In this document: one piece after another, positions 1 through 12,666 of the stretch
Layout of the letters: every line of letters begins with the position of its first letter
Position numbering within the stretch: the first letter of the stretch is position 1
Assembly (NCBI GenBank): GCA_965237415.1
Contig: CBDEFM010000001.1
Location: 649,357 to 713,356, forward strand
DNA length: 64,000 nt
Direction: 5' to 3'
Source: Alphaproteobacteria bacterium
Lineage (GTDB): Bacteria; Pseudomonadota; Alphaproteobacteria; UBA828
Notes under the pieces: generated by a model
What the model saw: only the letters and a program-made list of their open reading frames with translations
Told to the model about the DNA's origin: nothing
The model's database searches: none
Program-made: the position numbers and the translations under genes

Positions 1-371
1 ATCTCCCGCTTCGACAGCTCCGAGAAGCTGGCGAGCTACTTCGGACTGACACCGCGCGTGCGACAATCCGGCAATCGGCCGGCCTTCCACGGAAAGATCT
101 CTAAACACGGGAACGCGACGGCGCGAACCATGCTGATCGAAGCCGCGTGGGTGGCCGCATCCGTTCCCGGACCGCTGCGCGCCTTCTTCCTCCGCGTCAA
201 GGCGAAGAAGGGGATGAACGTGGCCGCGGTGGCGACAGCGCGGAAGATCGCGGTTCTGATCTGGCATCTGCTGACCAAGGACAAGCCCTACGAATGGGCC
301 CGGCCCGCCTTCGTCGCCATGAAGATGCGCAAGCTCGAGTTGAAAGCGGGTGCGCCGCGGGCCTATGGAAA

Positions 372-1396
372 GGCTCAATTAGTGATTCGTATGCGTCATC
401 GTGTTACGGCGGCGGCGAGGCAGGCCCGGTCATTGGCGCCGGGGGCGAGGCCGACGAGGTGGAACCAGCTCAGGTAGTTGTCCAGATAGCGGGTGGCGAT
501 GCCGCGGCGGGGGCGCAGGAAGTCCTTCAACCTACTGTGGCGGCTGTTCACCGTCTGCACATGCAGATCGCCCCGAACCCGTTCCCCCATCGAGCGGTTG
601 AGTGCTTCGTGGCTCACCCCGAGCGCGGCGGCGCAAGGTGGGTAGCTCGCGCCGCCGTCGGAGACCAGCAGGGCGTCCTTCGCGACCACCGGATCGAGGG
701 CAGCCGCGAGCGCCGCCGCATCGACCCTGGGCAGCACAGTGCTGACCGTCGTTCCGCTGCGGTTCGCCGCCATGAGAACCGGCACCTGCTCGCGCGAGAG
801 GCCGCGCTTCTTCGCCTTGCCGCCCCGCCGCCGTGCCTTGCGTCCCAGCCCGCGCGCACCCTTCCGGCTCTCCAGGACGTAGGTCTCGTCCGCTTCCACG
901 ATCCCCTTGAGCACCTCCGAATCGCTCCGCGCCGCCGCCAGAAACCGGTGACGCCAGCGGAACGCCGTGCTCACCGCCACGTCGCAGCGCGCCGCCGAGG
1001 CCTTCACCGTCTCCCCCTTCGCCAGCGACGCCCCGAACGACAGCCAGCGTTCCTTGTGGTGCAAGCCCGACAGCGGCGTACCGCTCAGCGCGTTGAAGGT
1101 CCTGCCGCAGCCCTTGCACTGGTAGCGCCGCAGACCCCGCGCCATACCGCGCGAAACCGCCCCCTCGCTCGCGCAGTGCGGACAGCGCCGGGCCTCGTCC
1201 ACACCAAGCTCGATCGCGGCCTTCGATGCCTCGCCTTCGCTCCGGCCCGACAGCACCGCGAGCGCCTCGCGCCGCTGCGCGCGCGTCAGCCCGCGCGCCG
1301 CCGAAAACCACACCTGGAAACCTTTGACGTCCATAATCCAACCTCCTGACGTTCCAGGCATTCTATCGCAAATACATACGATTCGCGAATTGAGCC
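372..1396 (-). mobile_element. IS1595 family insertion sequence, apparently intact
   Basis: Imperfect 22-bp terminal inverted repeats (GGCTCAATTAGTGATTCGTATG versus the reverse complement GGCTCAATTCGCGAATCGTATG). 8-bp target duplication TATGGAAA at 364-371 and 1397-1404. Confidence 0.92.
396..1334 (-). CDS. IS1595 family transposase
   Basis: Zn-ribbon CPHC...CKGC, HTH (STAFRWRHRFL), VEADETY motif, HVQTVNSRHSRLK...RGIATRYLDNYLSWF. Confidence 0.9.
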   Translation of the reverse strand: MDVKGFQVWFSAARGLTRAQRREALAVLSGRSEGEASKAAIELGVDEARRCPHCASEGAVSRGMARGLRRYQCKGCGRTFNALSGTPLSGLHHKERWLSFGASLAKGETVKASAARCDVAVSTAFRWRHRFLAAARSDSEVLKGIVEADETYVLESRKGARGLGRKARRRGGKAKKRGLSREQVPVLMAANRSGTTVSTVLPRVDAAALAAALDPVVAKDALLVSDGGASYPPCAAALGVSHEALNRSMGERVRGDLHVQTVNSRHSRLKDFLRPRRGIATRYLDNYLSWFHLVGLAPGANDRACLAAAVTR

Positions 1397-1576
1397 TATG
1401 GAAAAGCCGGACCCGGGCGGGACTACTGGATCAAGGAGATCCGTCATCGGGAGCTGGAACTGGTCGGCTACGCTGAAGCCGCCTACGCCAAAATGGCGGA
1501 GAACTGGCAGCCGAGACCTCCCACCGCCGCAAAAAACTGACACGAGAGCAACTTTGGGCTGTTCAACAACATCCGT

Positions 1577-1927
1577 ATCCAGCGGCACCTGGGGGCGGTC
1601 GACGAACACGCACAGCCCTTCGCGATGGTTCAGCAGCGAGCGCAGCGCCTTGCCCTCGCGCGCCTGGTCGGACAGGCCGGCGAACTCCTGTTCGGCCTGC
1701 GCGAACAGGCCGTCGAGTGCCTCCTTCAGCGTTCCCTGCGCCGCATCGAACGCCGGCGTCTGGCGCTCAAGCCCGGGGTCGTAATGCTCCAGCCGCGCCT
1801 CGTTCAGGCGGTAGAGCAACGCGATCCGCTCGATCCATCCCTGGCGCCAGTCCGTCAGTCTCACCTGGCCGGCCGCGCACTCGATAAAATAGCGGCGCAT
1901 ATGGGACCAACAGAATGCAAGGGTCAA
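1577..1927 (-). pseudogene. IS66 family transposase (TnpC) internal fragment
   Basis: TLAFCWSHMRRYF...LLNHREGLCVFVDRPQVPLD; paralogous to 22346-22527. Confidence 0.8.
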
Positions 1928-1957
1928 GCATCTGGTGCTGTGCCGGGTCGAGAAGCG

Positions 1958-3848
1958 TATAGCGCGACGATCAAGATGAGACTCCGTATTGCCTCATTCT
2001 TGGATGTTCCCGAGCTTCGAGGTGCTTGCCTCACGTCGATGTTCCCCAAGGTCACGGCTTCGCTTCACTTGTCACGGCTGTGTCCCCAGGCGTGGTGCTG
2101 GAGTTCTGGCAGCGTCGGCAGCTGTGGGTAACCGGCTTGCCGCAGCGACCTCCATGAGTCTGGCGGCGGCGAGCCGGTTATCCACAGCGGTGGCCAAGGC
2201 AAGATCGGCCTTGTCGGCTGGTGCCGGTACCACGGTGTCGGATTGGCTCGCTCCAAACACCAGGTCGTGGGCTTGCTCCTGGCGCCAGACCTGCACGCGG
2301 CGTTGCAGCGTACGCAGAAGATTGTCGGGATAACGGTCGGGATGCTTTGCCTGTAGTTGTTCGAGCAGTTGACGGCTCGTTCGCCACGGCTCGGCTTCGA
2401 ACCATTCCCGCAACTGCTCGGTGACGTCAGCCAGGGGATCGGGCCTGCGGCGGCCCCGTTTCGGCTTTGCAGCGGGCCGCGCCGTCGGCCGCACATCACC
2501 ATCCTTCCATGCCGTTCGCAGCCCGGCGAGAAACTCGTCGATCGGCGGCACACCGGCCGGCGCCGATTGAACCGCCACGGGCCGGTCGGCAAGATCGACC
2601 AGACGCTGTTGCGCCCGTCTCATATCCCTCAACAGGCGGATCGGATCCAGGGTCGCGAACGGCGCGCTCACTTCGTCGCGAACGCTTTGCGGTGTGCGCT
2701 GATCCGCGAGCAGGCGTTGAAAGGGCGTTGCCGGAGGATGGTAGCGTTTACACACGTGGGCGCCGTCGCGCGTCTTGCTGGCGAGCTTGAATGAGGGCTG
2801 GAAGAAATTCACGAACAATCTCACTGTGGCGTAAAGCTGCGACAGTGCAGCCACGGCCTCCGGGCCCTCCAGGCGGCGATAGCCCACGATGCGGCGAACG
2901 ATCGCGCCGTTCTTCTGCTCGACAAAGGCCTGATCGTTCTTGCGCCAGGGGCGGCAACGCGTGAACTCGATGCCGGCGTCGCGGCAATAGTCCCGCACCG
3001 TTTCGTTCATGAACACGCTGTCATTGTCGGTGTCGAACCCGAGCAGGTCGAACGGCAGGAGCCTGCGGACGGCCGTCAAGACCGCGCTCACGAGCGTGCG
3101 CTCGCGGAACAGCAAGGGAGCGCACTCCGTCCATCCCGTGGCGATATCGGTGAGTACCAGCGTCTGGACAAAGCTCCCGCGCGTCACCGGGCCGCTGTGA
3201 GCCACCAGATCGGCCTCGGCGAACCCTGGCGGCGGATCCTGCCAGTCAGCATAGGTGCGCACCGGAATACTCCGCCGCACCGATGACGATGCGAGCGAAG
3301 ATCTTCGGCGCCGCCCGCCGGCCTGCTCTCGTATGCTGCGAAGTGACCGGTCGATCGTCGCCGCACTCATGGTCAGCAAGCGGCATCGGACATCGTCGGC
3401 GAGCTCAAGATGACCATGCCGTTCCATGGCTTCGACGAGAGTGGGAAGCAGCGGCTTCAGGCGCTTCCCGCAAATGCGGTCCGACGCTTCCCACAACACA
3501 ACCAGTGCCTCGCGCACCGCATCGTCGTAAAGCCGCCGGCCAGCTCGCAAGGCTGCCGCTGGGCGCGACGACGAGCCGCCTCGCAGCAATCGCATCACGT
3601 GCTTCCGGTGATAGCCCGTCACCGCCACGAATTCATCCAGAATGCGCGTCTTCTCCTCGCGTCCGCTCTCGCCATACCGCCGTGACAGCGCTGCCACAAG
3701 TTCATCCCGTGTCGCCATGCTCACCCTCCTCATACCCAAAGCCCCCGATCCATTCCCCTCGGGAGCATTTCAGATGAGGCAACGAGTCGCTCAAAAGGAG
3801 CAAATCAGGCGAGGCAATGCGGAGTCTCATCTTGATCGTCGCGCCGCA
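1958..3848 (-). mobile_element. Insertion sequence with rve/integrase-core DDE transposase (IS481-related/ISNCY-type)
   Basis: About 38-bp inverted repeats (…GCGCGACGATCAAGATGAGACTCCG[T/C]ATTGCCTC) and a 5-bp TSD AAGCG at 1953-1957 and 3849-3853. Internal TTGCCTC/GAGGCAA sub-repeats near both ends. Confidence 0.88.
2072..3739 (-). CDS. DDE integrase-core transposase
   Basis: EKTRILDEFVAVTGYHRKH N-terminus; EADLVAH, FDTDNDSVFMN and FTRCRPWRKNDQAFVEQKNG core motifs. Confidence 0.88.
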   Translation of the reverse strand: MGMRRVSMATRDELVAALSRRYGESGREEKTRILDEFVAVTGYHRKHVMRLLRGGSSSRPAAALRAGRRLYDDAVREALVVLWEASDRICGKRLKPLLPTLVEAMERHGHLELADDVRCRLLTMSAATIDRSLRSIREQAGGRRRRSSLASSSVRRSIPVRTYADWQDPPPGFAEADLVAHSGPVTRGSFVQTLVLTDIATGWTECAPLLFRERTLVSAVLTAVRRLLPFDLLGFDTDNDSVFMNETVRDYCRDAGIEFTRCRPWRKNDQAFVEQKNGAIVRRIVGYRRLEGPEAVAALSQLYATVRLFVNFFQPSFKLASKTRDGAHVCKRYHPPATPFQRLLADQRTPQSVRDEVSAPFATLDPIRLLRDMRRAQQRLVDLADRPVAVQSAPAGVPPIDEFLAGLRTAWKDGDVRPTARPAAKPKRGRRRPDPLADVTEQLREWFEAEPWRTSRQLLEQLQAKHPDRYPDNLLRTLQRRVQVWRQEQAHDLVFGASQSDTVVPAPADKADLALATAVDNRLAAARLMEVAAASRLPTAADAARTPAPRLGTQP

Positions 3849-3896
3849 AAGCGCCCGCCGAAGCTCGACCTCGACGTCTACCCGTATCTGCCAAAG

Positions 3897-5060
3897 GCCA
3901 CCGTGCCGCAGCCGAGACGGCGCGAGGAGATACGGAGGTTCCGCCAGGACCCTGACTGCCGCCTGTTCCTGTCCTCCGAGGCCGGCGGCGTTGGGCTCAA
4001 CCTCCAGATTGCCGACACGGTGATCAACATGGACCAGCCTTGGAACCCGGCCAAGCTCGACCAGCGGATCGCTCGGGCGTGGCGCAAGCATCAGCATCGC
4101 ACGGTCAGGGTTTTCAACCTGGTGAGCGAGGGCACGATCGAGCACCGGATGCTGGGGCTTCTGGAGGCGAAGCGGACCTTGGCCGAGGGCGTGCTCGACC
4201 GGCGCGGCGACCTCGCCAATATCCCGCTTCCCACGGGCAGAACGGCCTTCATGCAACGCTTGAAGGCCGTTCTTGGCCCGGACCAGACGACGAAGCCCGA
4301 CGAGGCCGCCGCGCAGCCGGTGTCCCCGCGTGAGGCTCTGCGCGACCGGCTTATCGCCGATCATGGAACTGTGCTGCAACGGATCCTGGGTCATGAGGAC
4401 GGAACGGCGATCCTGGCGGTGATCGACCTTCCGCCCGGGCGGATTGGCGCGGAGGAAGAGCGTCTGGCGGGGCTGACGGAACTCGCCGTCACGGTGATCG
4501 ATCCCGCAACCCATGAGTCGATGTTGCGGCTGGCTCGATCGGGGCTGATTGCTTCGCCGACGGAAACGATGGAAGACATCTATCCCGAGCCGGGGGATCG
4601 GGAACGCGAGGACGAACGGGTGGGGCTGCTCCGAGCCCGGGCACTCGCGGATCGTGCGAATCACAAGCTCAAGGCTGCGCAGCTACTGGCTGGCGGAGGA
4701 TTCGGCGAGGAAGCACGCGCACCGGCCCTCGACGCGATCCGCCTGACTGCTGGCTGCCTGGCGGCATCGACAATGGAAGCGGAACCCGAAGACATGGATC
4801 AAGCCGCCGTCTTCCTGGCCAAATGGGAACCCGTCGAAGAAGCCGACGGTGTCGCGCTCAACGCGGTGCGGGCACTCTCCGGCGACACGACGGAACCGGA
4901 TATTGTCGAGACTGCCGCTGTTTTCCTCGATGACGTGTCAAAGCGGATCTTCAGAAACGGTGGGGATGCGCTCGGCACATTGAAGCCGGTCCCTTCGCAG
5001 GGCGTCGATCACGCGTATCCCCAGTTGTCAGCCGAGGACAGGGTATCTGACAGAGGCTAA
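3897..5060 (+). pseudogene. SNF2-family helicase C-terminal fragment (5' truncated)
   Basis: LFLSSEAGGVGLNLQIADTVINMDQPWNPAKLDQRIARAWR (helicase motifs V/VI). The N-terminal DEAD-like domain is absent. Confidence 0.8.
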
Positions 5061-5337
5061 ACGCCGAACGGTAACACGACACAGCCGGCAAGTAGGCACG
5101 AGAGCGCGGTGGGAACAAGAAGTGGGAACTTCGCCATCGCAAGCGCCGGTCTCGGTGGTTGCATGGGCTTGCAACAGCCGAGACAGCCATTTGCTGACGA
5201 CTTCAATCTGATCCCCGCAATCCTCTACACGGCACGCAGTACGTTACCGCAGGGAGCGTGGCTGCCGCGCTCGATGCATCGTGGTCTCGGACGGCCTTGA
5301 GCACGAGCGCCCCGTCGGTGGCGGCCACAAGGGACTC

Positions 5338-5427
5338 ACGCGTCGATCACGACAGGCTGCCTGGTTTAGGGACGGCGACTGGGAACGCGTCGATCACGAC
5401 AGGCTGCCTGGTTTAGGGACGGCGACT
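5338..5427. repeat. 43-bp direct repeat (5338-5380 and 5385-5427) duplicating the 3' end of iolG
   Basis: ACGCGTCGATCACGACAGGCTGCCTGGTTTAGGGACGGCGACT occurs twice, separated by GGGA. Confidence 0.95.
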
Positions 5428-6410
5428 CTTCGACCGGTCTTGAGGGATTGGACGGCGGCATCAGCTATGGCGAGAGCTGCAAGACCGTCGGTGCCATCCG
5501 AATAGGCAACCTCCCTACCCCTGATGAGGTCGCAGAACGCCTCGATTTCGAGCCGATAGGCGTCGACATAACGATCCATGAAGAAGTCGCGGAGCGGGTC
5601 GGTGGCGAACCCCGCCGCACCGGCCCGCGCGACCGTCGTGGCCACGGGATTTCCGGCCGAGACCATGCCAAGGGAGCCGTGCACCTCGACCCGCTGGTCG
5701 TAGCCATAGGTGGCCCGGCGGGAGTTCGAGATCGCGGCGAGTCTTCCACCCTGCGAGCGCAGCATGACGGCTGCTGTATCGACATCGCCGGCGGCACCGA
5801 TGGCCTCGTCGATGAGCACCGAGCCTGTCGCGGCGACCTCGACGATTTCTTCGCTGATCAGGAACCGGGCCATGTCGAAGTCGTGGATCATCATGTCTCG
5901 AAACAACCCGCCGGAGCGTTCGACAAAGCCGATCGGCGGTGGCACCGGATCGCGCGAGGTGATCTGCACCAGCTCGATATCGCCGATGTCCCCGCTGTCG
6001 ATCACGTCGCGCAGGCACCGGAACGACGGGTCGAAGCGACGCTGGAAGCCGATCATCAATGGAACACCGCATCCTTCCGCCACGGCCACACTCCGTTGCG
6101 CCCGGGCGAGGTCGAGGGCGACCGGTTTCTCACAGAAAATGGGCTTGGCCGCTCGAGCCGCCCTCTCGATCTGATCGGCGTGCAGGTCTGTGGGCGTCGC
6201 GATCATCACGCCCTGGATGGCCGGATCGTCCAACACCTCATCGGCCGAGGCGACGCGTGCGCCGGTCAGCCGGGCGACGGTCGCGGCGGCGGCTTCGTCG
6301 GGGTCGGCGACGGCAACCAGTCGCGCATCCTCGATCCCCGCGAGCGAGCGAGCGTGAACGCGGCCGATCCGGCCGGCGCCGAGGAGCCCTAGCGCGACAG
6401 GGCCGCTCAC
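5394..6410 (-). CDS. iolG: Inositol 2-dehydrogenase (Gfo/Idh/MocA)
   Basis: GLLGAGRIG Rossmann motif, FCEKP, GFQRRFDP, GGLFRDMMIHDFDM, YGYDQRVEVHG. GTG start overlaps the iolB stop. Confidence 0.93.
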   Translation of the reverse strand: MSGPVALGLLGAGRIGRVHARSLAGIEDARLVAVADPDEAAAATVARLTGARVASADEVLDDPAIQGVMIATPTDLHADQIERAARAAKPIFCEKPVALDLARAQRSVAVAEGCGVPLMIGFQRRFDPSFRCLRDVIDSGDIGDIELVQITSRDPVPPPIGFVERSGGLFRDMMIHDFDMARFLISEEIVEVAATGSVLIDEAIGAAGDVDTAAVMLRSQGGRLAAISNSRRATYGYDQRVEVHGSLGMVSAGNPVATTVARAGAAGFATDPLRDFFMDRYVDAYRLEIEAFCDLIRGREVAYSDGTDGLAALAIADAAVQSLKTGRRVAVPKPGSLS

Positions 6411-7219
6411 GACCCGGCGTCCCGACGATAGATCCAGTCGTGATCGGGATGGTTCCTGAAGCGCCACTGGCGCTTCGGGCCGGCCATGACGTTGAGGTAG
6501 TACATGTCGTAGCCGTAAGGCGCGCCGCACGGGTGGTGGCCGCGCGGCACGAGAACGGTGTCGCCGTCGGAGACCGCCATCGTCTCGTCCAGGTCTCCGT
6601 CCTCAGTGAAGACGCGTTGGATGCCGAACCCCTGCGGCGGGTCGATGCGGTGATAATAGGTCTCCTCCAGATAGGTCATCTCCTTGCCCTCGTCGGCATC
6701 GTGCCGATGGGGTGGATAGCTCGACCAATTGCCCTGGGGCGTGAACACCTCGGTGATCAGAAGGCTGTCGGCGATATCTGCGTCGTCCATGGCGATGGGG
6801 TGGATATAGCGCGTGTTGGCGCCCTTGCCGCGCTCCAGCAGGGGGATACCGGCCGGATCGATGGCCGCCGCTGCGTGTCCGCCAGCTCCCGGCGCCGAGC
6901 AGACCGCGATGGTGCAGTCCGTCTCCGCCCGAGCGGACCATGAGCTTCCGTTGGGCACGTAGACGGCATGGGGCTTCTTCCGCTCGAAGACACATATGCG
7001 TTCGCCCTGGAGGCCGAAATCGACGTCCGGCGTCGCCAGATGGGCCTTTCCCTCGACCATGACCAGGATCACCTCGCGACTGCCGGTCTCCTCGCCGGCC
7101 GTCTCGCCGGCCTCGAGCGCGTAGACGGCGAACCCGACATAGCGCCAACCGGCGTCTTCCGGCGTGATATCGATAATCTTGCCTGTCGAGCCCGAGGGTT
7201 TTCGCAAGAGACTGGTCAA
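6407..7219 (-). CDS. iolB: 5-deoxy-glucuronate isomerase
   Basis: [51 protein letters not shown] start overlaps the iolE stop. Confidence 0.93.
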   Translation of the reverse strand: MTSLLRKPSGSTGKIIDITPEDAGWRYVGFAVYALEAGETAGEETGSREVILVMVEGKAHLATPDVDFGLQGERICVFERKKPHAVYVPNGSSWSARAETDCTIAVCSAPGAGGHAAAAIDPAGIPLLERGKGANTRYIHPIAMDDADIADSLLITEVFTPQGNWSSYPPHRHDADEGKEMTYLEETYYHRIDPPQGFGIQRVFTEDGDLDETMAVSDGDTVLVPRGHHPCGAPYGYDMYYLNVMAGPKRQWRFRNHPDHDWIYRRDAGS

Positions 7220-8124
7220 TTTGCGTGCTCCTTGTCCAAACCGGCTTCCCGCGCCATCGCGCGAAGCGTCTTCAGTGCCAATGTCTGGTAGACGACCGGG
7301 TCGCGTGCCGCCGGGTCCTGCTCGGCCTCGGTGATGAGCCAACCGGAGTAGCCGTGCCGGGCGGCTATGCGCAGGACAGCCGGGAAGTCGACGCAGCCTT
7401 CGTCGTCTCCCGGCACCGTGAACACGCCGAGCTTGACTGCCTTGAGGAACGACAGGTCCTCGGCCATCGCCTTCCGGCGAATTGCGGGGCGCACGTTCTT
7501 CGCGTGAATGTGGACGATACGATCCATGTATCGCTCGGCCAGCGCTGCCGGATCGGCACCGGCGAACGCGGCGTGCCCGGTGTCGAGCAGAAGCCATGTG
7601 CTGGGGCCGGCGTGCGCCATGAACGCCTCGATGTCCGCCCCGCTCTCGACCACGGTTCCCATATGGTGATGGTAGGCGAGGCGGATGCCGTGACCCGTGC
7701 AGTGTGCGGCGATCGCCTCCACGTCCGCGCAGAACGCGGGCCAGCGGGAGGGATCGAGCGTCGGTCGGTCAGAGAGCGGCGCGTCGAGTGCGCCGTGAAC
7801 GGCGCCGGTCGTTTCGCAGGCGATGCAGGCCGAACACCCCAGCGCCTTCAGCACTTCGAGATGCGGCTCCATCTCCGCGATCTCGTCCGCGACGGATCGT
7901 TCGAGCAGTCTCAAGGAATGCCAGCCTGAGACGTAGTCCAGCCCGTAGGTGCCAAGCACCGCCTTCAGCGCCCCAGCATCGGCGGGGAACTTGTGACCCT
8001 TCTCAATCCCGTCGAAGCCGATCCGGCTGGCATCTCTCAGACACTGTTCGAGCGGGATGTCGCCGCCGAGGCTCCGGTCGTCGTCGTTCGACCAGGCGAT
8101 GGGGTTGGTGCCGTAGCGGATCAT
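7216..8124 (-). CDS. iolE: myo-inosose-2 dehydratase
   Basis: [39 protein letters not shown]. Confidence 0.94.
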   Translation of the reverse strand: MIRYGTNPIAWSNDDDRSLGGDIPLEQCLRDASRIGFDGIEKGHKFPADAGALKAVLGTYGLDYVSGWHSLRLLERSVADEIAEMEPHLEVLKALGCSACIACETTGAVHGALDAPLSDRPTLDPSRWPAFCADVEAIAAHCTGHGIRLAYHHHMGTVVESGADIEAFMAHAGPSTWLLLDTGHAAFAGADPAALAERYMDRIVHIHAKNVRPAIRRKAMAEDLSFLKAVKLGVFTVPGDDEGCVDFPAVLRIAARHGYSGWLITEAEQDPAARDPVVYQTLALKTLRAMAREAGLDKEHAN

Positions 8125-9941
8125 TGGCGCCTCTTCAGCGCCGCGTCATAGGCTTCGCGCGCCCGCACGACCTCGGCACGGTCCGAGACTTCGGGCACCG
8201 CGACGTCCCACCAGTGACCGCCGGCCCCCGTGCTCACTGCCGGGTCGGTGTCTATCACGATGACGGTGGTGCGGTCGGCCGACCGCGCCTCGCTTATGGC
8301 GGCCTCCAGGCCCTCAATGCCGTCGACATGGGTCGCGACAGCTCCCATCGAAGCGGCGTGGGCAGCGAAATCGATGACCGACGGTGCCTCGTGCCGGGCC
8401 GTATTGAGCAGGTTGTTGAAGCTCGCGCCGCCGGTGGCCCGCTGCAGCCGGTCGATGCAGCCGAAGCCGCGGTTGTCGAGCACGACCACGGTGAGCTTGA
8501 GACCGAGCATGACGCTGGTCGCAAGCTCCGAGTTCATCATCATGTAGGAGCCGTCGCCGACGATAACGACCACATCGGCGTCGGGACGCGCCATCTTGAC
8601 GCCGAGACCGCCGGCGATCTCGTAGCCCATGCAGGAATAGCCGTATTCCAGGTGATAGTCGCCCTGGCGCGGCGAGCGCCAGAGCTTGTGCAGCTCGCCG
8701 GGCATGCCGCCGGCTGCGCAGACGATCATCCCGTTGTCGCCGATGGTTCGCTGAACGGCGCCGATCACCTGGGCGTCCGATGGCAGGACGTTATTGCCGG
8801 GCGCGCCGGTGGCCGCGTCGGCAGCGCGGTTCCAATCGGTCTTCAGCGCCTGGCTCGGCGGTGTGAAGGCGTGGTCACCCAGTGCGGCGTCGAGCTCGTC
8901 GAGGGACGTCCGCGCGTCGCCGACGACGCCGATCGCGTCGTGCTTCGTCGCATCGAAGGCTGCCGCGTTGATCGCCACCAGCCTTGCGACCGGGTTCTGG
9001 AACAGGCTCCACGAGCCGGTGGTGAAGTCCTGCAGGCGGGTGCCGATCGCTAGGATCAGATCCGCCGCCCGTGCGATTTCGTTGGCGGCTTCGGTCCCCG
9101 TCACGCCGATGGCGCCGACGCTGCACGGGTGCGACCAGGGCAATGCCGACTTGCCGGCCTGGGTTTCGGCAACGGGGATGCCACGGCGCTCGGCGAAGGC
9201 CGCAAGCGTGTCGCAGGCTTGGGAATAGTGAACCCCGCCGCCGGCGATGACGAGCGGTGTCTTCGCCGCGCGGAGCGCCCGGACCGCGCGCTTCAGCTCG
9301 CGTGCATCGGGCCGTTGCCGGCGCATGGTCCAGGTCCGGGACTCGAAGAACGCGTCGGGATAGTCGTAGGCCTCGGTCTGGACATCCTGGCACAGAGCGA
9401 GGGTGACGGGTCCGCACTCGGCGGGGTCCACGAGCGTCGCCATCGCACGTGGCAGGGCCGACAGCAGTTGCTCGGGCCGGGCGATGCGGTCGAAGTAGCG
9501 GCTGACCGGGCGGAAGCAGTCGTTGGCGCTGACGGTTCCGTCCCCAAAATCCTCGACCTGCTGGAGGACCGGGTCGGGGAGCCGGTTGGCGAAGACGTCT
9601 CCCGGCAGGAACAGCACCGGCAGGCGATTGACGTGCGCCAGCGCCGCCGCCGTGACCATGTTGGTGGCACCCGGTCCGATGGACGACGTTACCGCCATGA
9701 GCCGCTTGCGGTTGTTGGCCTTGGCGTAGGCGATCGCGGCGTGCGCCATGCTCTGCTCGTTATGGCCACGCCAAGTGGGGAGCGAATCGCCCGCGCGGTG
9801 GAGGGCCTCGCCGAGTCCAGCGACGTTGCCATGGCCGAAGATCGCCCACACCCCGGCCACGAGCCGCTCACCGTCCTCGTTCACCTGTGCGCCCAGATAG
9901 CGGACGAGGGCCTGCGCCGCCGTCAGTCGGATCGTGCTCAT
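8121..9941 (-). CDS. iolD: 3D-(3,5/4)-trihydroxycyclohexane-1,2-dione acylhydrolase (TPP-dependent)
   Basis: [53 protein letters not shown]. Confidence 0.95.
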   Translation of the reverse strand: MSTIRLTAAQALVRYLGAQVNEDGERLVAGVWAIFGHGNVAGLGEALHRAGDSLPTWRGHNEQSMAHAAIAYAKANNRKRLMAVTSSIGPGATNMVTAAALAHVNRLPVLFLPGDVFANRLPDPVLQQVEDFGDGTVSANDCFRPVSRYFDRIARPEQLLSALPRAMATLVDPAECGPVTLALCQDVQTEAYDYPDAFFESRTWTMRRQRPDARELKRAVRALRAAKTPLVIAGGGVHYSQACDTLAAFAERRGIPVAETQAGKSALPWSHPCSVGAIGVTGTEAANEIARAADLILAIGTRLQDFTTGSWSLFQNPVARLVAINAAAFDATKHDAIGVVGDARTSLDELDAALGDHAFTPPSQALKTDWNRAADAATGAPGNNVLPSDAQVIGAVQRTIGDNGMIVCAAGGMPGELHKLWRSPRQGDYHLEYGYSCMGYEIAGGLGVKMARPDADVVVIVGDGSYMMMNSELATSVMLGLKLTVVVLDNRGFGCIDRLQRATGGASFNNLLNTARHEAPSVIDFAAHAASMGAVATHVDGIEGLEAAISEARSADRTTVIVIDTDPAVSTGAGGHWWDVAVPEVSDRAEVVRAREAYDAALKRRQ

Positions 9942-11847
9942 GGTCGTCCCAATCCCGCGCATGCCTCGTCCCAAGCCGCGCAGAGGCCGGCGAAGGTTTC
10001 GGCCATGCGCGTTACTGCCATATCGTCGGTCATGGTACCGGCCATCCAGGCCCGGGCGACATCGGCAAATATGGTGCGCCCAATGGCGAACCCCTTGACC
10101 AGATCGTGCCTGGCCGCAACCCGAAAGCTCGCGTGCAGGTCGTCGACGGGCGCATCCAGGCCGAGTACGAGTATGCCCCGGCAATAGGGGTCGTTGGCGG
10201 CGATCGCGTCGCACGCCAGTTGCCATGCCCTATCCAAGACCATCGGCTCCAGCTTCCACCAATCGGGGTAGACGCCGATGGCATAGAAGCGCTCGATGAT
10301 CGCGGCCGTCAGCGTCTCGTCCGCCGGTCCGTACTTGGAGGGAATGACCTCCAGCAAGAAGTCCAGATCGTTGGCGCGTGCCGCGTCGGCCAGTCGCTTG
10401 ACCGTGGCCTCCTGATCGGCGCGCAGGTCGTCCGGGTCGTCCGGACGATAGAAGCAGAGAACCTTCACCACGTGTTCGGACGGCCATTCCGCCAAGGCCG
10501 AGCCGAAATCGTCGCCGATTTCTACGGCCAGCGGTCTCGAGCCGGGCTTCTCCACCGGACGGGCGATCCAGAGGCCGGTCCCCGCCGCCGCGAAGAGCGC
10601 CGCGCGGCCGAGGCGCATGTCGCAGAGGATGCCGAAGCCCTCGCGCCCGTCGGCGACGCGAAGCGTCGCATCCAGGCAGAGGTTCTTGAATGCGCCGATG
10701 CGCTCCGGCGCCGATCCGCAGCAGGCCGCCATGTGCTCGAGCTGCGTGCGGTGATCGAAGGCGAAGACACGCATGCCTGGCCATGTCCTGGCGCGGTTGG
10801 TCGACCAGTGGATCTGCTCCAGGCGCGCATCGTGCCGCACGGCGGGCGTGGAGGGGCCATGGTCCAGGAAGTGGCGCAGCTCGATGGCGCTGGGGTAGGC
10901 CGGCGTGCAGCCGTGACGCGAGACGGCGAGCGCGCCGCAGGCATTGGCGATGCGCAAGGTCTCGGCCCAGTCCTCGCCCGAGAGCCATCCCTTGAGCAGG
11001 CCCGCCATGAAGCCGTCGCCGGCGCCGAGCACGTTGAAGACCTCGACCATGAAGGATTCGCCGCTGATCCCCTCGTCGAGGGACGCGGGAACTGGCCCGT
11101 CGAACGCGGTGGCGCCGGCGGCACCCCGCTTGCAGACCAGGGTCGCCGCGCTCACAGCGCGCACGTTGGCCAGCGCCTCGTACGTCGCGGTCGCGCCGCC
11201 GGCGATGTGAAATTCCTCCTCCGTGCCGACGATCACGTCGAAACGGCCGAGGATCCCTTGCAGCTTGGCCGTGACCGCCTCCGATTCGATGAAGCGGTTC
11301 TCGCCGTCGCCGTGGCCCGACAGGCCCCAGAGGTTGGGCCGGTAGTCGATGTCGAGGATGGTCTTCGCGCCGGCCGCGCGGGCCAGATCGACGGCGCGGA
11401 GGGTCGCGGCCTCGGTCCGGGGATGCGACACGTGCGTGCCGGAGGCGAGGACGCAGCGGGCCTCGGCGATGAACTCAGGGTCGATATCTTCGGGCGAGAG
11501 CGCCATGTCGGCGCAGTTCTCGCGGTAGAAGATCAGCGGGAAGCGTTCCTGATCGCGGATACCGAGCAAGACGAGCGCCGTGAGGCGCTCCGGGTCGGTG
11601 ATGATACCGCGCACGTCCACCCCTTCGGCCCGCAGCTGCTCGCGGATGAAGCGCCCCATGTGCTCGTCGCCGACGCGGGTGATCACGGCCGATTTCAGGC
11701 CGAGCCGTGCCGCACCGGCCGCCGTGTTGGTGGGCGAGCCGCCGATGTACTTGCGGAAGGTCCGCATGTCCTCCAGCCGGCCGCCCACCTGGCCGCCGTA
11801 GAGGTCGACCGACGATCGGCCGATGGATATGACATCGAGAGGACGCA

Positions 11848-11851
<4 letters not shown>
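9938..11851 (-). CDS. iolC: 5-dehydro-2-deoxygluconokinase fused to a C-terminal DUF2090/aldolase-like domain
   Basis: [10 protein letters not shown], PfkB VLGAGDGF motif; C-terminal FAFDHR...PDWWKLEP...GFAIGRTIF. Confidence 0.93.

Positions 11852-12665
<814 letters not shown>

Positions 12666-12666
<1 letters not shown>

Larger units (their letters stand above)
1..1540 (+). pseudogene. IS110 family transposase, C-terminal part, interrupted by an IS1595 element (pieces 1-371 and 1405-1540)
   Basis: Frame +1 reads ISRFDSSEKLASYFGLTPRVRQSG...GKISKHGN...RTMLIEAAW...AVATARKIAVLIWHLL, the typical IS110 C-terminal domain. Removing 372-1404 restores the frame to YGKAGPGRDYWIKEI...AKN* (TGA 1538-1540). 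Confidence 0.85.
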
